A DNA stretch of 64,000 nucleotides, taken from positions 1,763,703 to 1,827,702 of the forward strand of contig NC_057756.1 in NCBI RefSeq assembly GCF_004010195.1. Reading direction: 5' to 3'. Position 1 is the stretch's first letter, and each line of letters starts with the position of its first letter. A program made the translations under genes and the position numbers. This document shows, piece by piece, positions 14,252 through 27,419 of this stretch. Origin of the DNA: Chiloscyllium plagiosum (lineage: Eukaryota). Below the pieces are notes generated by a model. It was not told where the DNA came from and made no database searches. It worked only from the letters and a program-made list of their open reading frames with translations.

Positions 14252-14530
14252 GGGCGGCATGTTGGCTCACTGGTCAGCACTGCTGCCTCACAGTACCACG
14301 CAAGTGGTATCGATCCCAGCTTCTGGTAACCATCTATCTGCTCTGATTTCCTCCCACAAACCAAAAATGTGCAAGTTTTGTGGATTGGCCAAGCTAAATT
14401 GCCCATAGTGTTAGGTGCAATGGTCGGGGTAAATAAAGGTAAAGGGTCTGGTTGGGTTAATCTTCGGAGCATCGATGTGGACTTCTTGGGCCAAAAGGCC
14501 TAATTCCATACTGTAGGTAATCTATTCTAT
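14252..14530 (+). mobile_element. HE1-like tRNA-derived V-SINE with internal deletion
   Basis: ggcggcatgttggctcactggtcagcactgctgcctcacag head; ggattggccaagctaaattgccc; CR1-like tail. Confidence 0.85.
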
Positions 14531-14569
14531 TACAGTGCGACTAGAACTGGGCAGCGTACTCCGATAGAT

Positions 14570-14982
14570 TTTCAAAGTTTGTGAGATGATTTGTAACTCA
14601 GGTGCTCGTTGTTATGGTTCTGTTTGCCGAGCTGGGAATTTGTGTTGCAGACGTTTCGTTCCCTGTGTAGGTGGCATCCTCAGTGCTTGGGAGCCTCCTG
14701 TTGAAGCGCTTCTTTTCTGTTTCCTCCGGCATTTATAGTGGTTTTTCTCTGCCACTTCTGGTTGTCAGTTCCAGCTGTCCGCTGCAGTGGCCGGTATATT
14801 GGGTCCAGGTCGATGTGTTTGTTGATAGAATCTGTGGATGAGTGCCATGCCACTAGGAATTCCCAGGCTGTTCTCTGTTTGGCTTGTCCTATAATAGTAG
14901 TGTTGTCTCAGTCGAACTCATGTTGCTTGTCATCCGCGTGCGTGGCGACTAATGATAGCTGGTTGTGTCGTTTCGTGGCTGG
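14570..14982 (-). mobile_element. Penelope-like element 3' end (GIY-YIG C-terminus and pLTR)
   Basis: Near-identical to the reverse complement of 52770-53177. Confidence 0.9.
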
Positions 14983-16150
14983 TTATCCTGCCCAAACTGA
15001 GCAGGACTTCCCAATTCGTATACTCAAAAGACTGAACAATGAATGCAAGCACACTAAATGCCTTTTTAACTATCCTGTCTATATGAGCAACAATGAATTG
15101 TGTTGCTGAACCCCGAGGACCTACTGTTCTACAATTTTATCTAAAACCCTATTAATTATTACATATATCCTGCCCCTGTCTGTTGTATGAAAATACAAAA
15201 TCTCATTTTCCTTAAGACTGAACTCCACCTGACACTTTTCAGGCCAATGACCCGTTTGATTAAGATAACTTTGTAATCTTAAAAAAAAATCTTCAATGTC
15301 TACTATGCGATCAATTTTGGCATTTAAGCAAATTTACGAGACATGCCTTCTATATACTGATCCAAATCATTTGTACAAATGATAAATAAATCGTTCATTT
15401 ATGCAATTCCCTGGTGTAATGCCAACTGAAATGTTATCTCAAGCATTGGTTTCCTAAGAATGGAAAGCATGTAACTGCATTGTGGCTATTCATAGATGAT
15501 TCACAAGACAAATAGCAGAAATTATTACATTTTGTCATCTGAAAAACGTTGGCCGCACGAAGTGTGCATCCAGTTTTTGGAAGAATAAGTGGCGATACAA
15601 TTCAGGAAATTTCAAAATTAAGTAAAAATAAAACATTATGAGCACTTGGTACCAATGTCTGATCCTTGATTTTTTTCCACTTCCGATTTTCCAAAATTTG
15701 CATGGTCATTCTGACGATTCTAAATTCTAAAACCATATCCATAATTTAAGAATTGACATGCAAACTGCCGCTCAACCGGTCCTTGACGGGTACAATAAAA
15801 GTTTATCTTGCACAATTCAACGTAGGATTTCCTAACCCTCGAGAAATATCAAACGGTTGTTAAACAATTAAATTCCCACCACCTATTCAATTTAGATTAA
15901 TCGAGGCTAAGAAAATGAACGTTTAAGTGCAATGATTATATCGATATCTGCTTGTGAAATCTCACCCACCGTATGTTACACGTCCAGTAGAATCATCCGT
16001 AAGTGCCACAAATCTCCGGGATATAAAACTAAATAAAAGTAATCCTTCAGTTATATGAGTTATGTTTTCTTTAACTTTCACTCATACGTCGTTAAGTGGC
16101 AACATTATGCAAAAAAATAATAAAAATTACAAAGGAGAACTTGTTTGTAC

Positions 16151-16177
16151 CTTTTTCCCTGTTACTCAGTCTTTGTT
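16151..16177 (-). CDS. Micro-exon 19 (27 nt, type B); EQRLSNREK
   Basis: tattactacag|AACAAAGACTGAGTAACAGGGAAAAAG|gtacaa. Confidence 0.9.
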
Positions 16178-16487
16178 CTGTAGTAATATAACAAAATGTA
16201 AGTGTGGGTTAGAAATATGAGGCAGAAACACATTAGTGATGCCTCATATGTACAATGTTCATGCAGTGATAAGATGATAGCAGACCATAAAAGAAGTGAA
16301 AAGAACGCAGTTTCTAAGTATTAACCATCTATTTCAGTCGTTCTCTGTTTAGTTCAATTGCCATCAAACGTATTGAAACCGATCGATCCCGTTCAGCAGG
16401 CAAGATTGCGATACTTTACGTGCATTCAGGAACATAGCGTAAACAGAAATCAACTACTGAGTTGAATGACAATTATTTAATACTCAC

Positions 16488-16523
16488 CTGACCGGTCTAG
16501 AGCGCCAATCGCATTTTCCAGTT
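16488..16523 (-). CDS. Micro-exon 18 (36 nt, type A); ELENAIGALDRS
   Basis: ttttgtttag|AACTGGAAAATGCGATTGGCGCTCTAGACCGGTCAG|gtgagt. Confidence 0.93.
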
Positions 16524-17411
16524 CTAAACAAAACGTAGAAAATCAAAACACAAATGTAGCGGGCCATTGTACCTCCTAGTTTATAAGTAAAATACTAACA
16601 TAATGTCACTTGCGTGATCTCAGAAAACATAAGACCACTTGAAAATGAATCATCACATCCGGAAGTGTAGTGATCATGCGGTAATCGAAGGAACTTTCCG
16701 ATTGTGTATACAAATCAATTTACAAAAAAAAAAACAACAAAGAAATGTGCCATGCCAGAACTAGGAATTAAAGTGAGGTGCTTTGTGGATTCGTTTTGAG
16801 ATACTGCAATATGTTGCCTCGTTTTGTTTTCATAATATCGCTGTTTTCAATCCGCTGAGTACGTCGAGCTGAACATAAAGTGAAACAGTTCCAATAGCAA
16901 AAATCGGCCTTCAAATTGCATCGCCGTGTGAGATTTTATTCTTGTACTGCAATGTTTTGCGCATTCTTTCACAAGAACAATAGTCATACAGTATTGAAGC
17001 AGACCCTTGAGCCCATACAGTCTATGCTAAGCATAATCACAATGTAAACTAGTTCCACGTGCCTGTGTTGACCCATATACTTTTAAATATTGCTTTCTGA
17101 ATTCTTGGATCATTAGTAAGAAAGCTGCTTGTTGTTCGATGAGGTGTGACTTTCTGCAGATTGCCTATGTATTGATGATACGCTCATTATTTTTCCAGAC
17201 AAAAATCATTGATCTGGCACCTATCTCTCTTTCACATTATTTAATATTTTTTCGTTCCTGTATTATGACTGATGTTTCTGCCCCGCCTTGCTTGATTGAT
17301 GATTTAAAAACGATATGCTTCAAGCACAATTCCTGCTGGTATACTGTGAGGGGACATTATGTTGACAGAGGTGATGTCTTTCCTATCAAAGCGTTTATTT
17401 CATCTACATAC

Positions 17412-17438
17412 CTTTCTCCTTCCTGATCAGCTTCTGAT
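17412..17438 (-). CDS. Micro-exon 17 (27 nt, type B'); DQKLIRKEK
   Basis: gttatctcaatag|ATCAGAAGCTGATCAGGAAGGAGAAAG|gtatgt. Confidence 0.9.
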
Positions 17439-18466
17439 CTATTGAGATAACAGATGAAAACGTTGGGCTAAAAATAAAGCTGCAATAACGCACATGCACA
17501 AAAAAAAATCCATTGACACAGAGCCATGCTTTGATATGAACATCGTTTCTCTGATGGTATTGATGGTCAATGTAATCTTGACAAACTAAACTTAAAAATT
17601 AATGGAAAACACAAAAAATGCCATTAACTTAAATAATAGTGTGATATGTAATTAACTTCATTTATGCAAATTTGCTGACAACGTGATGCATTTAAGACAA
17701 TATTGAAGTTCTCTCAGAGAACCACGATTATGTGAACGTTTTAAATCATTTTTTGCGAGAACCGTTGGGACAAATTACAAAGAAAAAAGGCAAATCTATT
17801 CTCTAAGTGTTAGAAAGGCATAATAACGTTGCCTAGAATTTATAAAGATAGAATGTTATATACAGGTAGCTGAGTATTATTCCCTTGAAAGTCCAATTAG
17901 ATTAAGTTTAATGATAAATGATTCACAATTAATCCCACAATCGTACCCTTTTGGCTGGCTAAATTAACGGCATGCACAAAGAGACACAAAAATCGTGACC
18001 TGTCAAATGATATAGAGAGAGTAAGAGAAAGATAGATTTTAACAAATACTACATGCAAATGCAGATCAGAATCTGCTGTACTTCTGCCTTGAGTTAATGA
18101 TTTATGAAACATACAACTGGAATTCTCAGAGACACATTTCGTCTAAGTTTGTTTGACTAATTGAATCCTTTTATCCATATTGCTTGCTTGGTAAAAGTAG
18201 CAGCCGTGACTATTTAACATTAAATTACTTTGTCAAATATCGATGGGAGTTTCTTCAGAACCTATTTCCATTTTCGAGGTATCAAGATCATGAACTCTAT
18301 CCCACAAGTTAGAAATGATTGAACCCTTGACCAGCAACGCCGGAGACAACTAACTTGCATGAGTTGCATTTTGCTTTAAAAGCTCATTCATATATTAAGA
18401 CGTATATAAGCCATCAAGGCAGAGAACAGTTTCAGTCCTGCGATATCAGAAGGCAACCATTCTCAC

Positions 18467-18502
18467 CTGCACGCTTGAGTGCTTCTTTTAAGTACTCCAA
18501 TT
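18467..18502 (-). CDS. Micro-exon 16 (36 nt, type A'); ELEYLKEALKRA
   Basis: gtattttgcag|AATTGGAGTACTTAAAAGAAGCACTCAAGCGTGCAG|gtgaga. Confidence 0.92.
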
Positions 18503-19849
18503 CTGCAAAATACGTGTATAAGTGAATATGTAAATATTTTGCAAACGAATTAATGCACATGCATAAATGAGGAATTAACCAAACGAAAGAATCGCAGAAG
18601 TGACATGATATATAAATGAGATAGAGAGAGTAATATAATATAGACCGAAAAGAGTTTTTGTAGTCGGGTTAATACTTCTGTGAGAGTTTCCGCCTTCTGG
18701 TATTTTGCTTGCTGTGACTGGAAACAAAAAGCTACTTTCCCTGGCATCTGCTGCAGCATTACTTTTTCGAATAAGACCCCCTCTTGCTGTAATCAGGTGT
18801 AATCACACGTTGGATGCAGAATACCTAAATATTGATATTTCTTTTTCTTTCCAAGCACAACTCACATTGAATTTTTTTTCTCATATATTCATTCGATAGG
18901 TAACAGCATTGATTAATTCATTCATGTCGATTCGTATAAAAGATGGACAATTGTAAACCATGGGATCAAGATTTGCCCATTCAAACTGTTCAGTCTGCAA
19001 ATCGTTCAGCACAGTCATCGACAATGGACCACTTCAATGCCTTCTACCCAAATCAATGCCATGACGTTGTTACAGCATTAGTGATCAGAAAGTTACCAAT
19101 TTTAGCATTAGACTGCTCAATGACTAAATGATGAATCACACCTTAATAGCCGCCTCCTAAATCTATATTGTGTCACTGATTTCGAGATTTCCCATGAATA
19201 GAGATTTGTTACAAATAGAGATCTAGGCAGTGTATTCCTTTAAGTATTTTGCAGATATATAGAGATTTCTCTGTCTTCATTTGAAGCAATTATTTATTCT
19301 TCTTGAAATCAGTGTTCAAATCCTCTTGAAATAACATATATTGTGAAATTGACAGTGTGCTATCTTCCAGTGATTAATGACATGTACGACTCTATCTTTC
19401 CCTCCGCAGTTATGATTTCAAAAGTCTTAAAACATAGTAAGAACTGTGGAAGCGGAAATCGAATGCAAAAAGTAGAAAATGCTGTAAAATAAACTCAGAA
19501 GACTTCAATGTTTCCATCTCAATGATCTTTTTTTTTCAGAACAGTTATTCAGAGGTGAAAAGAAAAGTTCAATGGACCCGAATTGTTAACTCTGATTCTC
19601 TCCAAAGGTTATACCAGTCTATTTTTCCAGCAATTTCTGTTTTTACTTTAAAAATGTTATGAGAAATGACGTGCTACACATGTCAAAGTGGAAATCTTCA
19701 GACGTTTCCAAACAACATGTTATCTGCTTATTTACTTAACAACTCAATTTCCTCGTGTGTATGCTTTACGTCTTCATTACAATGCATCTTCCAATTAGAT
19801 TTATATTATTATTAATATTTTGGAAACGTTCCATTTGGTATCAACTTCC

Positions 19850-20020
19850 ATCTCAGTGGCTCCATTGTTGGCGCTGCTGCTTCATAGCGCCAGCGTCTCA
19901 GATTCGATTCCAGTCTCGCTTGACTGTCTGTGTGGAGTTTATACATCCTCCCCGTGTCTGCGTGGGGTTCCTAACACAATCGAAAGATGTGCAGGTCACG
20001 TGCATGGACCATGCTATCTA
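19850..20020 (+). mobile_element. HE1-like V-SINE, partial
   Basis: gactgtctgtgtggagttt..ccccgtgtctgcgtggg V-domain. Confidence 0.75.
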
Positions 20021-21640
20021 ATGTGTTTTCGTTCATTTTGTTAGGCCTTCAGTACAGGTCATAATTAAAAGACTTCTGGAAGTCTGAGTTTCTAGACATT
20101 TTGGCACTTATTTATCAATTATATTGACAACAAGTCCATGAAAACTAAAAATCTGCCAAAGTGTGCAAAAAAAAATCGCTTATAGAAGTTCGTTCTTCTT
20201 TTTCTTTTGTCCAATAGACTGCATTCCCACTTTTAAAGTGTTTCCTTTTTGTTCTTGTTCTTGTACAAATTATTTAAAAGAAGACTGCTAGCTGCTTTCC
20301 GGGATGAAAAACAGAGAAAAACTTGTCTGTGCTTGCATGAGGTCTACGTTTAATGCATGATCTAAACTAATACCTAATATTTCTGCATTCTGTGCCAAAC
20401 AATGGTATGCATCATCAGATTCAAAATAGTTCTGTTCATGAGGGTGTGCAAAGTGATCGTCTTGGGATGTAATGGGGACTAATAGGATATACAGTAAAAT
20501 CAAACTTTTGTTGCAGATGTTTTGTTTTGGTCTGTGAACAAAGCATGTTGAATATTTCATGTTATTCATAATGCAAGTTTAATGTTCAACATGGCTTTTG
20601 TCATCATATGGGTGATCCATCTCAAAGGGGAATCAATTATCATCCATTTTCAGAGTGAGTTCATAAGTGGCTGTCCAGAGTGCTACTGCGAGAGTACACT
20701 CTGTGAAACTTGGGACTGATGCCGGTTATGGGAAGCAATTGTTGGGGCACTGGTGTGGCATAATGTTCTTTTTTTTTCCACCTAGCTTTTTTTTTTCCCA
20801 ATGCTAATTCTGCAAATCCTCAATGCCTTCCTGGTTGCTCCTCGTCCACTTTGGGCTGCATTGGTCTGGTGATTCGCAGGTGTCTGTGGGAATGCAATAA
20901 TTCACTAGCAAGGCCTTCACTGATGCAAATCGTCTGTCCACAATTTGATGCTCTTTCTTTAACGAATAACAGGACAATAAGTGTTGATGCTTTGTTCCTA
21001 AATAGAAACATTGGCATAACTAACACCATGCTGAACAGAAATTATAGCCATATTTCTAGGATCTGTTAAGTACCATCATTTGTATGGTTTAAAAAAACTG
21101 GAAGGGACAGAACATATTCAACTTTAACAAGTTTATAATGACTAAAAAGAAGACGGAGGTGAACTCAGAAAGCATCAGACAAATTGTTCTCGTTATTATT
21201 CGGACATTGTTCCATACCATTATAAGTGAGCGCCAAATACATTAACAAATTCAAATGAAACAGATATTTCTATTCATAGATATCTTGTACTGCTTTCCAT
21301 TCTGTTTGTTCTTATTAATTTGAAGACAGAAGGGAGATTTGTGCTATTGAGAGGCTTTTCGGCCAGGGTTATTCCAGAAATATAGTGCCTATTTCAATCC
21401 TTACCGCTCATTTGCAGTCCAAATCAAATGCAGTAAATGAATCTGTAGTCACGTTTTCACAAGTGTATAAAGTGTGCACAACTATTCCAATCAAAATCTG
21501 CAACTGAAATTAAATATTAGGGTACCTGGTAGAACAGATAATAATGTGCCAATAAATTAACAGTGCAGCAAACTAAAAATAATTGCAAAAGTTTTGCTCT
21601 ACGTCGAGTGGGAAAGTACGTATTCTTCCTTACTTTGGAT

Positions 21641-22302
21641 TGTTGTGACTGCTTTCGCTTTAAGAGGTTATTTTGTTGTGTTTTGAACATATTTGAAGAG
21701 CAGTTCTAAGGCAGAGATTCGGAGATGTTTCGGAGAAGGTAACATATTGTGAGGCTTTGCTTTTTTCAAAAGTTGGAACAAGGGAAACAGTCTGGGTGTG
21801 ACCAGCTCTCATTGACTTGGTATTCTAGTTTTTTTTTGTTTAGTTATAGGTTTAGTTTTAAACGGGAGCATTTGGGTTCTCAATTCAGTTGTAACTTCAG
21901 TGAATGTCTCATTGTGACTATTCTATCTGAGTATTCACTTGATGTTTTCTTTTCCTCCGGAATAGGAGAACTGCCAGTGAGTCTGTACCTGAATTTGCTT
22001 TTTTTGCTAAGGGATGTATTTATTGGAACTTACTGCACTTGGACAGTTAATTGGTAACAGTTACTATTAAAATAATAATACATATTATTTGGTTAAGTTT
22101 TCCAATAGTTAAGGTATTCTAAAATCATTTATCTTTTGTTTGTATTTTAACTGTAGCTTTTAAATAAATTGTGTTTTGCCTAGCATCGTGTAGGTTGGCC
22201 AATCACACCGCATCAGTTCCAACACTTTACATCTATCTTCAAAATAAGAATCAATTAGGGTATAAGTTACTTTCTTGAGGGGCTCTGGCCTGCTTCATAA
22301 TA
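21641..22302 (+). mobile_element. Solo LTR (Gypsy-like)
   Basis: TGTTGTGA...TCATAATA termini, internal AATAAA, flanks GGAT/GTAT. Confidence 0.5.
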
Positions 22303-22385
22303 GTATTCAATTTTGATAACGAACAGCGTCTTGCTACACTTTTGTATAATATTTGTAAATATTTTGAACGATTAGTAGGTAATAC

Positions 22386-22415
22386 CGTTCGAGTGACTGT
22401 CTTTTTCGTCGAGTT
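22386..22415 (-). CDS. Micro-exon 15 (30 nt, type D); KLDEKDSHSN
   Basis: gcttttgcag|AACTCGACGAAAAAGACAGTCACTCGAACG|gtatta. Confidence 0.82.
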
Positions 22416-23181
22416 CTGCAAAAGCACAACAGAATAATCAGACATGTCATAAAAAAATGAATGATAGTGAAGGCAATAATAGAAACGATTGCATGTACCT
22501 AACAATGAGATACTTGCAATGGACCTTCGCCATCGGAGTAATTGTTTATTAATAATTTTAAGGATCATCGATTTTTTTTCATTCGACTCAGAAGATGAAA
22601 CAATTCATGTACTGTCAAATCAGTTCATAATTGCAGCTTTTAAAGCCAATACGTAGCATGTTAGAGGGATATCGGAGCAGAACTATGAGCCCAATATACA
22701 CCAGTATGATTCAGTTTGTTTATATCATCTTTCTTTTTTATACTGCAAAGTTAAAATCTCATTACGACTAAAGTATTGATTTCTAGATGAACGTGTGCGA
22801 TAGTGTTAAATTATCAATATTGATAAACTCTCATAAGTGACTCATTTACTGATTAAAACACGCAGGGGAATAAACTCATCAGAAGGTTTTCAGCACAGCA
22901 TTGTATCAGCATTAGGGCAAAGTTTAGATGAATTCTACTTTCCAAATATCGGAATACTTCTTATGTACTTGTTGATGAAAACGAAAACAATGCATTAATG
23001 TTACATGGCATAAAATGCCTATACGAAAGCATGTTATTAGGAAAAACACTGTATAATAGCGATGCAATATGAGAGAGGCACACGGACTGGAATTGGTAGA
23101 AATCGGCCTTGCAGAGATGAACGGTGATTGAATCGTAAATGGCGCAATTGTCAGAGGTGCATGACGAGAATTTCAACTTAC

Positions 23182-23208
23182 TGCACTTCTGCTGAAGGTC
23201 TTCCAGTT
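23182..23208 (-). CDS. Micro-exon 14 (27 nt, type C); ELEDLQQKC
   Basis: gttattctatag|AACTGGAAGACCTTCAGCAGAAGTGCA|gtaagt. Confidence 0.92.
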
Positions 23209-23289
23209 CTATAGAATAACAGTGAAATGGTAGCAGGTTAGGGATGCAAATGTGGCACCATATCGAAGGAACAGGGAACATTCTGAACT

Positions 23290-24590
23290 CTGCCTTTAAC
23301 TGGCGATCTCTTGTGTTAAATGGAACAAAATAATCTGTGATTCATGGCTCTAGACTCTCCCAAGAAGTGAGAGACCCTAGCTACACTCAATCAAATCTCG
23401 TACGAACTGCACATTGTAGAATTAAGTTATCTTTATTCTTCCAAAGTTCAAAGAGCACATGCCAGCCTGTGGAACCATTCTTGATAAGTCAACCTGTGCA
23501 TTCCATATGTGAGTGTGTTAAACGTTCTCTGAATTATTCAAAACTCATCACCGTGCATCATTTATTTCCTGTCCAAGGCTGTATACAGTATTCTAGTGCA
23601 ATGTGGTCTCACCAACGTCCAGTGTAACTGAAGCATAACCTCTCAACTCTTGCATTCAACTCACTTCACAGTGACATTAGAGCTCAGACTCTTTAAGTGT
23701 AAAAGTAGACTTTTCACTCCAAAGAGTCCACTCCAAACATAAACACAAACTAAATTAATGTTGTTAGCCTGCTTTTGGCCTATATGCATTCAAACATTTC
23801 TTCTTCACATACTTAGTGAAATATATGCTAAACTTTTTTAAAGCATTAACATCCACCATTTACTCTCAAAGTTCATTACACATGCAAACCACTCCATCGT
23901 AATAAATATCGGCCCTCGTGTTTTTTGTTTTACATGATTATCCTTATGCATTAAAATGTACCCCGAGTCTTGTAAAAAGGCACCCGTGTGAAAATATACA
24001 GAAATACACATTATCCGTACACCTCATGATTTATACACCTCTATTAGGTCACCCCTTGCCATCCTCCACTCCAGTGGAAATAAAAAGACTATTCAGTCTC
24101 TCCTTATAACTGAAACCCTCAATTCTCAGCAACATCTTGGTAATTCGTTTCTGAACCTTCTTAGGTTTAAAATATGCTTCATATAACAGAGCGACCAGAA
24201 CTAGAGAAGTCCAGAATAAGCCTCACCTAAACATGACCTAAATATGAAGTCCCAATTCATGTACACAAATGTCTGAACAATGAAGGCAAGTATGCTAAAC
24301 GTCTTCTTCAACACCCTATCTAGTTGTGATGCAAGATTCAGAGTCATGTACCTAATCTCCTGTTTTTCTCTGTTCTACAATACTACACAAGGATCTACTT
24401 TAATTGCATAAGTCCTGCCTTTGTATGAGTTATGAAAATGCAATACCTTGCAATTATCCCAATTAAACGTTATCTCCGACCCCTCAGACAAATGATCGAA
24501 TTGATTAAAAAATTTTCATAATCTTAGATGACCTTTCTTTTCACTGTTCACTATGCCACCACTTTTGTGTCATCTGAAAACATAATAAAC
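23290..24590 (-). mobile_element. Two adjacent CR1-type LINE fragments
   Basis: Reverse-complement similarity to the plus-strand CR1 copies. Confidence 0.7.
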
Positions 24591-25221
24591 ATGACTTCTA
24601 ACCCCATTAGCTTTCCAGATTATTTATAACTGTTTGCTAACATTCTGTGATTACTGCATGAGGACATTCTGATACTTTTCTTCTTGTATCTTGTAACATT
24701 TATACAATTGGGCAACATGTGTTATGTTATTCTTTGAGTAAAAATTGACAATTTCGCACTTAAATGCATATATGCAGAACTCATGAAGGTTTACATCTGA
24801 AACGCCAATTCTCCTGCTCCTCAGATGTTGGGATGTTTCCAAAGTCACATTTTTCGATTCTGACGCTCCAGCATCTGCAATCCCCCCATCTCCAAATACT
24901 CCAGTTACCCACCTTATTACTCCTCTCCTAACTTATGCCCATCGCGTTGAATATTCCTTCAGTCCTTTTCACAACTTACAATCTTAAATACCTTTGTTCA
25001 AGCAGCGTAATTAGTAACCATGACTTCAACACTGATTTTGATATGCAACATGAAATGGTAAAATCATACGAACGATCCAAATACAACCTTTGAAGATCAG
25101 TTAAACGGATATTATCAGGCAACTTTTTATATGGTGAGTGACGATCTGGCATCAACGTACTTAGACCAAGGTATTTGGTGTGGAAAAATAGAAACCTTTC
25201 TTTTGTGCGTGCCCAGACTAG

Positions 25222-25548
25222 CAATGGCATGGTGGCTCAGTGGTTAGCACATAGCGCCAATGTTCTGTGTTCGATTCGAACTTTGAGTGACTGTTGTCTG
25301 AACTTTGTGCATTGGCCCCGTGTTTGTGTGGGTTTCCACTGGGTGCTCCAGTTTTGTCCCACTGTCCAAAAATTTGAATTGGCCATGCTAAATTGGCCAC
25401 AGTGTCCAGGGATTCGTATGTTAGACGCATTAGTCAGCACTGAATATAGAATAATAGGGTTGGGGAATGAGTCTGGATGGGTAACTTTTTGGAGGATCAG
25501 CGTGGCCTTGTAGAGCCGAATGGCCTGTTCATTGTAGGGATTTTATGA
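25222..25548 (+). mobile_element. HE1-like V-SINE, near full length
   Basis: ggcatggtggctcagtggttagcac A-box head, V-domain, gccgaatggcctg..tgtagggatt tail. Confidence 0.85.
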
Positions 25549-26313
25549 AAACAGTAGCATATGCAATCATCATTCTGTGAACATCAGTGTTTCTCAAGCA
25601 GACATGACTTTATCAAGAATACTAAATTATTCTTTGTTATTCAAATCATTAAAGGGGCAGCAGATGTTGAGTGGGATCTTGAATAAGCCATAGCCTCATT
25701 GCATATCAGAATATGCAGAAGGGGGCATGTGATCTATTCTCATACTCTCGTATGAACTGTCCCTGGTGAGTATAATTTTAGAACGATTAGCCAAAGTAAA
25801 ATGAAATTTGATGGCAATAATAAAAGTCAAATTAAGTTAGATCTTTATCACAGCCGTTATATTTTCTCAAGGTTAAACTAACTATCGTCCAAAAACGTTA
25901 AAACGGTGGATTTGAAGCAGAACAGAACTCAAGAACAAGCCTCTCCTATTTGTGTGCATGCCTACAATTCCAGAGTTCTGTAAAGGAGTACAATTGTTTG
26001 CGACTTCGTTTGGAACTGACAATGTCAAAATAAGCAACTATATTTTTCACGTGTGTTCTCTTTTACTTTTCACGCATTCTGTCCATTTAACAGCCTAGAA
26101 CGTCGTTCCTTGCCATAAAAAAAAGCCTGCATTCTTCTGAACGATATGGTGATAATTGAAAAGTTGTGATTTAGGATATTATATCAAAGAAATTCATTCA
26201 AGGTGCCAGATCGGTTTGCATTTTAATTCAATAGGAATCGGTACTACTGCTGTATCTACCACGATTACAACTGTTCCAACTATAACTGCTACTATCACGG
26301 CCAGTTCTTATAA

Positions 26314-26343
26314 AATAATAATAATAATAATAATAACAATAAT
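26314..26343 (+). repeat. (AAT)n microsatellite
   Basis: Direct sequence. Confidence 0.9.
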
Positions 26344-26703
26344 TCACTGAATTCCACCTTGTACACGCATTTTATAATGAGGAGCAAACAATTATCCACG
26401 TCAACTGGATATCAGCCATTGCTGTAGAACACAATTCTTTTGGGAATCTTTTTTTTAGATTTGCTTAATTAAGTCAGGAATGCACTTATCACTTTGCAAA
26501 TCGGAAGGTCTATGACATTATGTGACTCAACGAATCTTCATTTTTCAGACAGAACTGTCGTATTTGGAAATATTTTTCGGAATGTAGCTCCTTGGAATGT
26601 TGATAAGCATATGCAATTTTTTCTTCCATTTGTGTTCTTGCAGTTAGGAAATTAACAAAATTGGAAAAACAATTAAAATGTTGAACCTTCTCCGTAATCC
26701 TAC

Positions 26704-26730
26704 CTTTCTCCCTATTACTCAGTCGTTGTT
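26704..26730 (-). CDS. Micro-exon 13 (27 nt, type B); EQRLSNREK
   Basis: ttttttatcaaag|AACAACGACTGAGTAATAGGGAGAAAG|gtagga. Confidence 0.9.
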
Positions 26731-27039
26731 CTTTGATAAAAAAAAAGCAGAAGAAGAAAAAACATTGTGTGAGGTTTTGAGGAAGCGTGCATTTTGACAG
26801 CAATTAAAATTGGGAACATATATTGACATTTTGTGATGGAACATAATTTCTAAAAGAATACAATTCATGGTTTCGATAGTTTCTGCTACTTCCCATCAGT
26901 GAATGAATTTGACTGACATTAACTTTAACAAAATACACAGCACATCTTTTAATGGGCTTCTTTTTTTGAATTTCACGCTGCCAGATTAATCAATTCTATC
27001 TTCCACAGTCTGACATTGATCAGTTAGTAAATTGAGCAG

Positions 27040-27400
27040 GGTAATGACACATCGAATTTAATTCATATAAGTGCGTGATGATGTATTTTGGTCCAATGAA
27101 GGGAGGACATACGCAACGATTGGCGGTTCTTTGGAAGAAGGTAGGAATAAAGGAACCTTACTATGTTAGTTCTTGGATCAATGAAAGAGTCAAAATCTGA
27201 AGGTAGGCTGATGAAAAAGGTATACACAATGCTTGCCCTCGTTATCCTGCGTAGAATATACGAGCAAGGAAAGCTTGTTTCAAATTTATCAGATATTGCT
27301 CAGGCCACAGATTGAATACTCTCTGCAATTCTGATCACCACAGACTCGAGAGGATGTGATGCATTAGAGAGATTGAAAAAGAGGTTTATCAGTTTGTTAA
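27040..27400 (+). mobile_element. CR1-type LINE RT fragment
   Basis: Similar to 6300-6660. Confidence 0.6.
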
Positions 27401-27419
27401 GGAGAAAATAAAAACATAA

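Larger units (their letters stand above)
13700..15370 (-). mobile_element. CR1-type LINE (minus) interrupted by a SINE and a Penelope fragment
   Basis: Collinear with 23680-24590; CR1 sequence resumes after each insert. Confidence 0.8.

Noticed and set aside
14252..14320. tRNA gene
   Set aside because: tRNA-like head of a SINE continuing into SINE body and LINE-like tail
21634..21657. 24-nt AG..GT candidate exon (AKAVTTIQ)
   Set aside because: Straddles the solo-LTR edge and is unlike the other exon types
26156..26350. Thr/Ile-rich mucin-like ORF
   Set aside because: Produced by trinucleotide low-complexity sequence and (AAT)n
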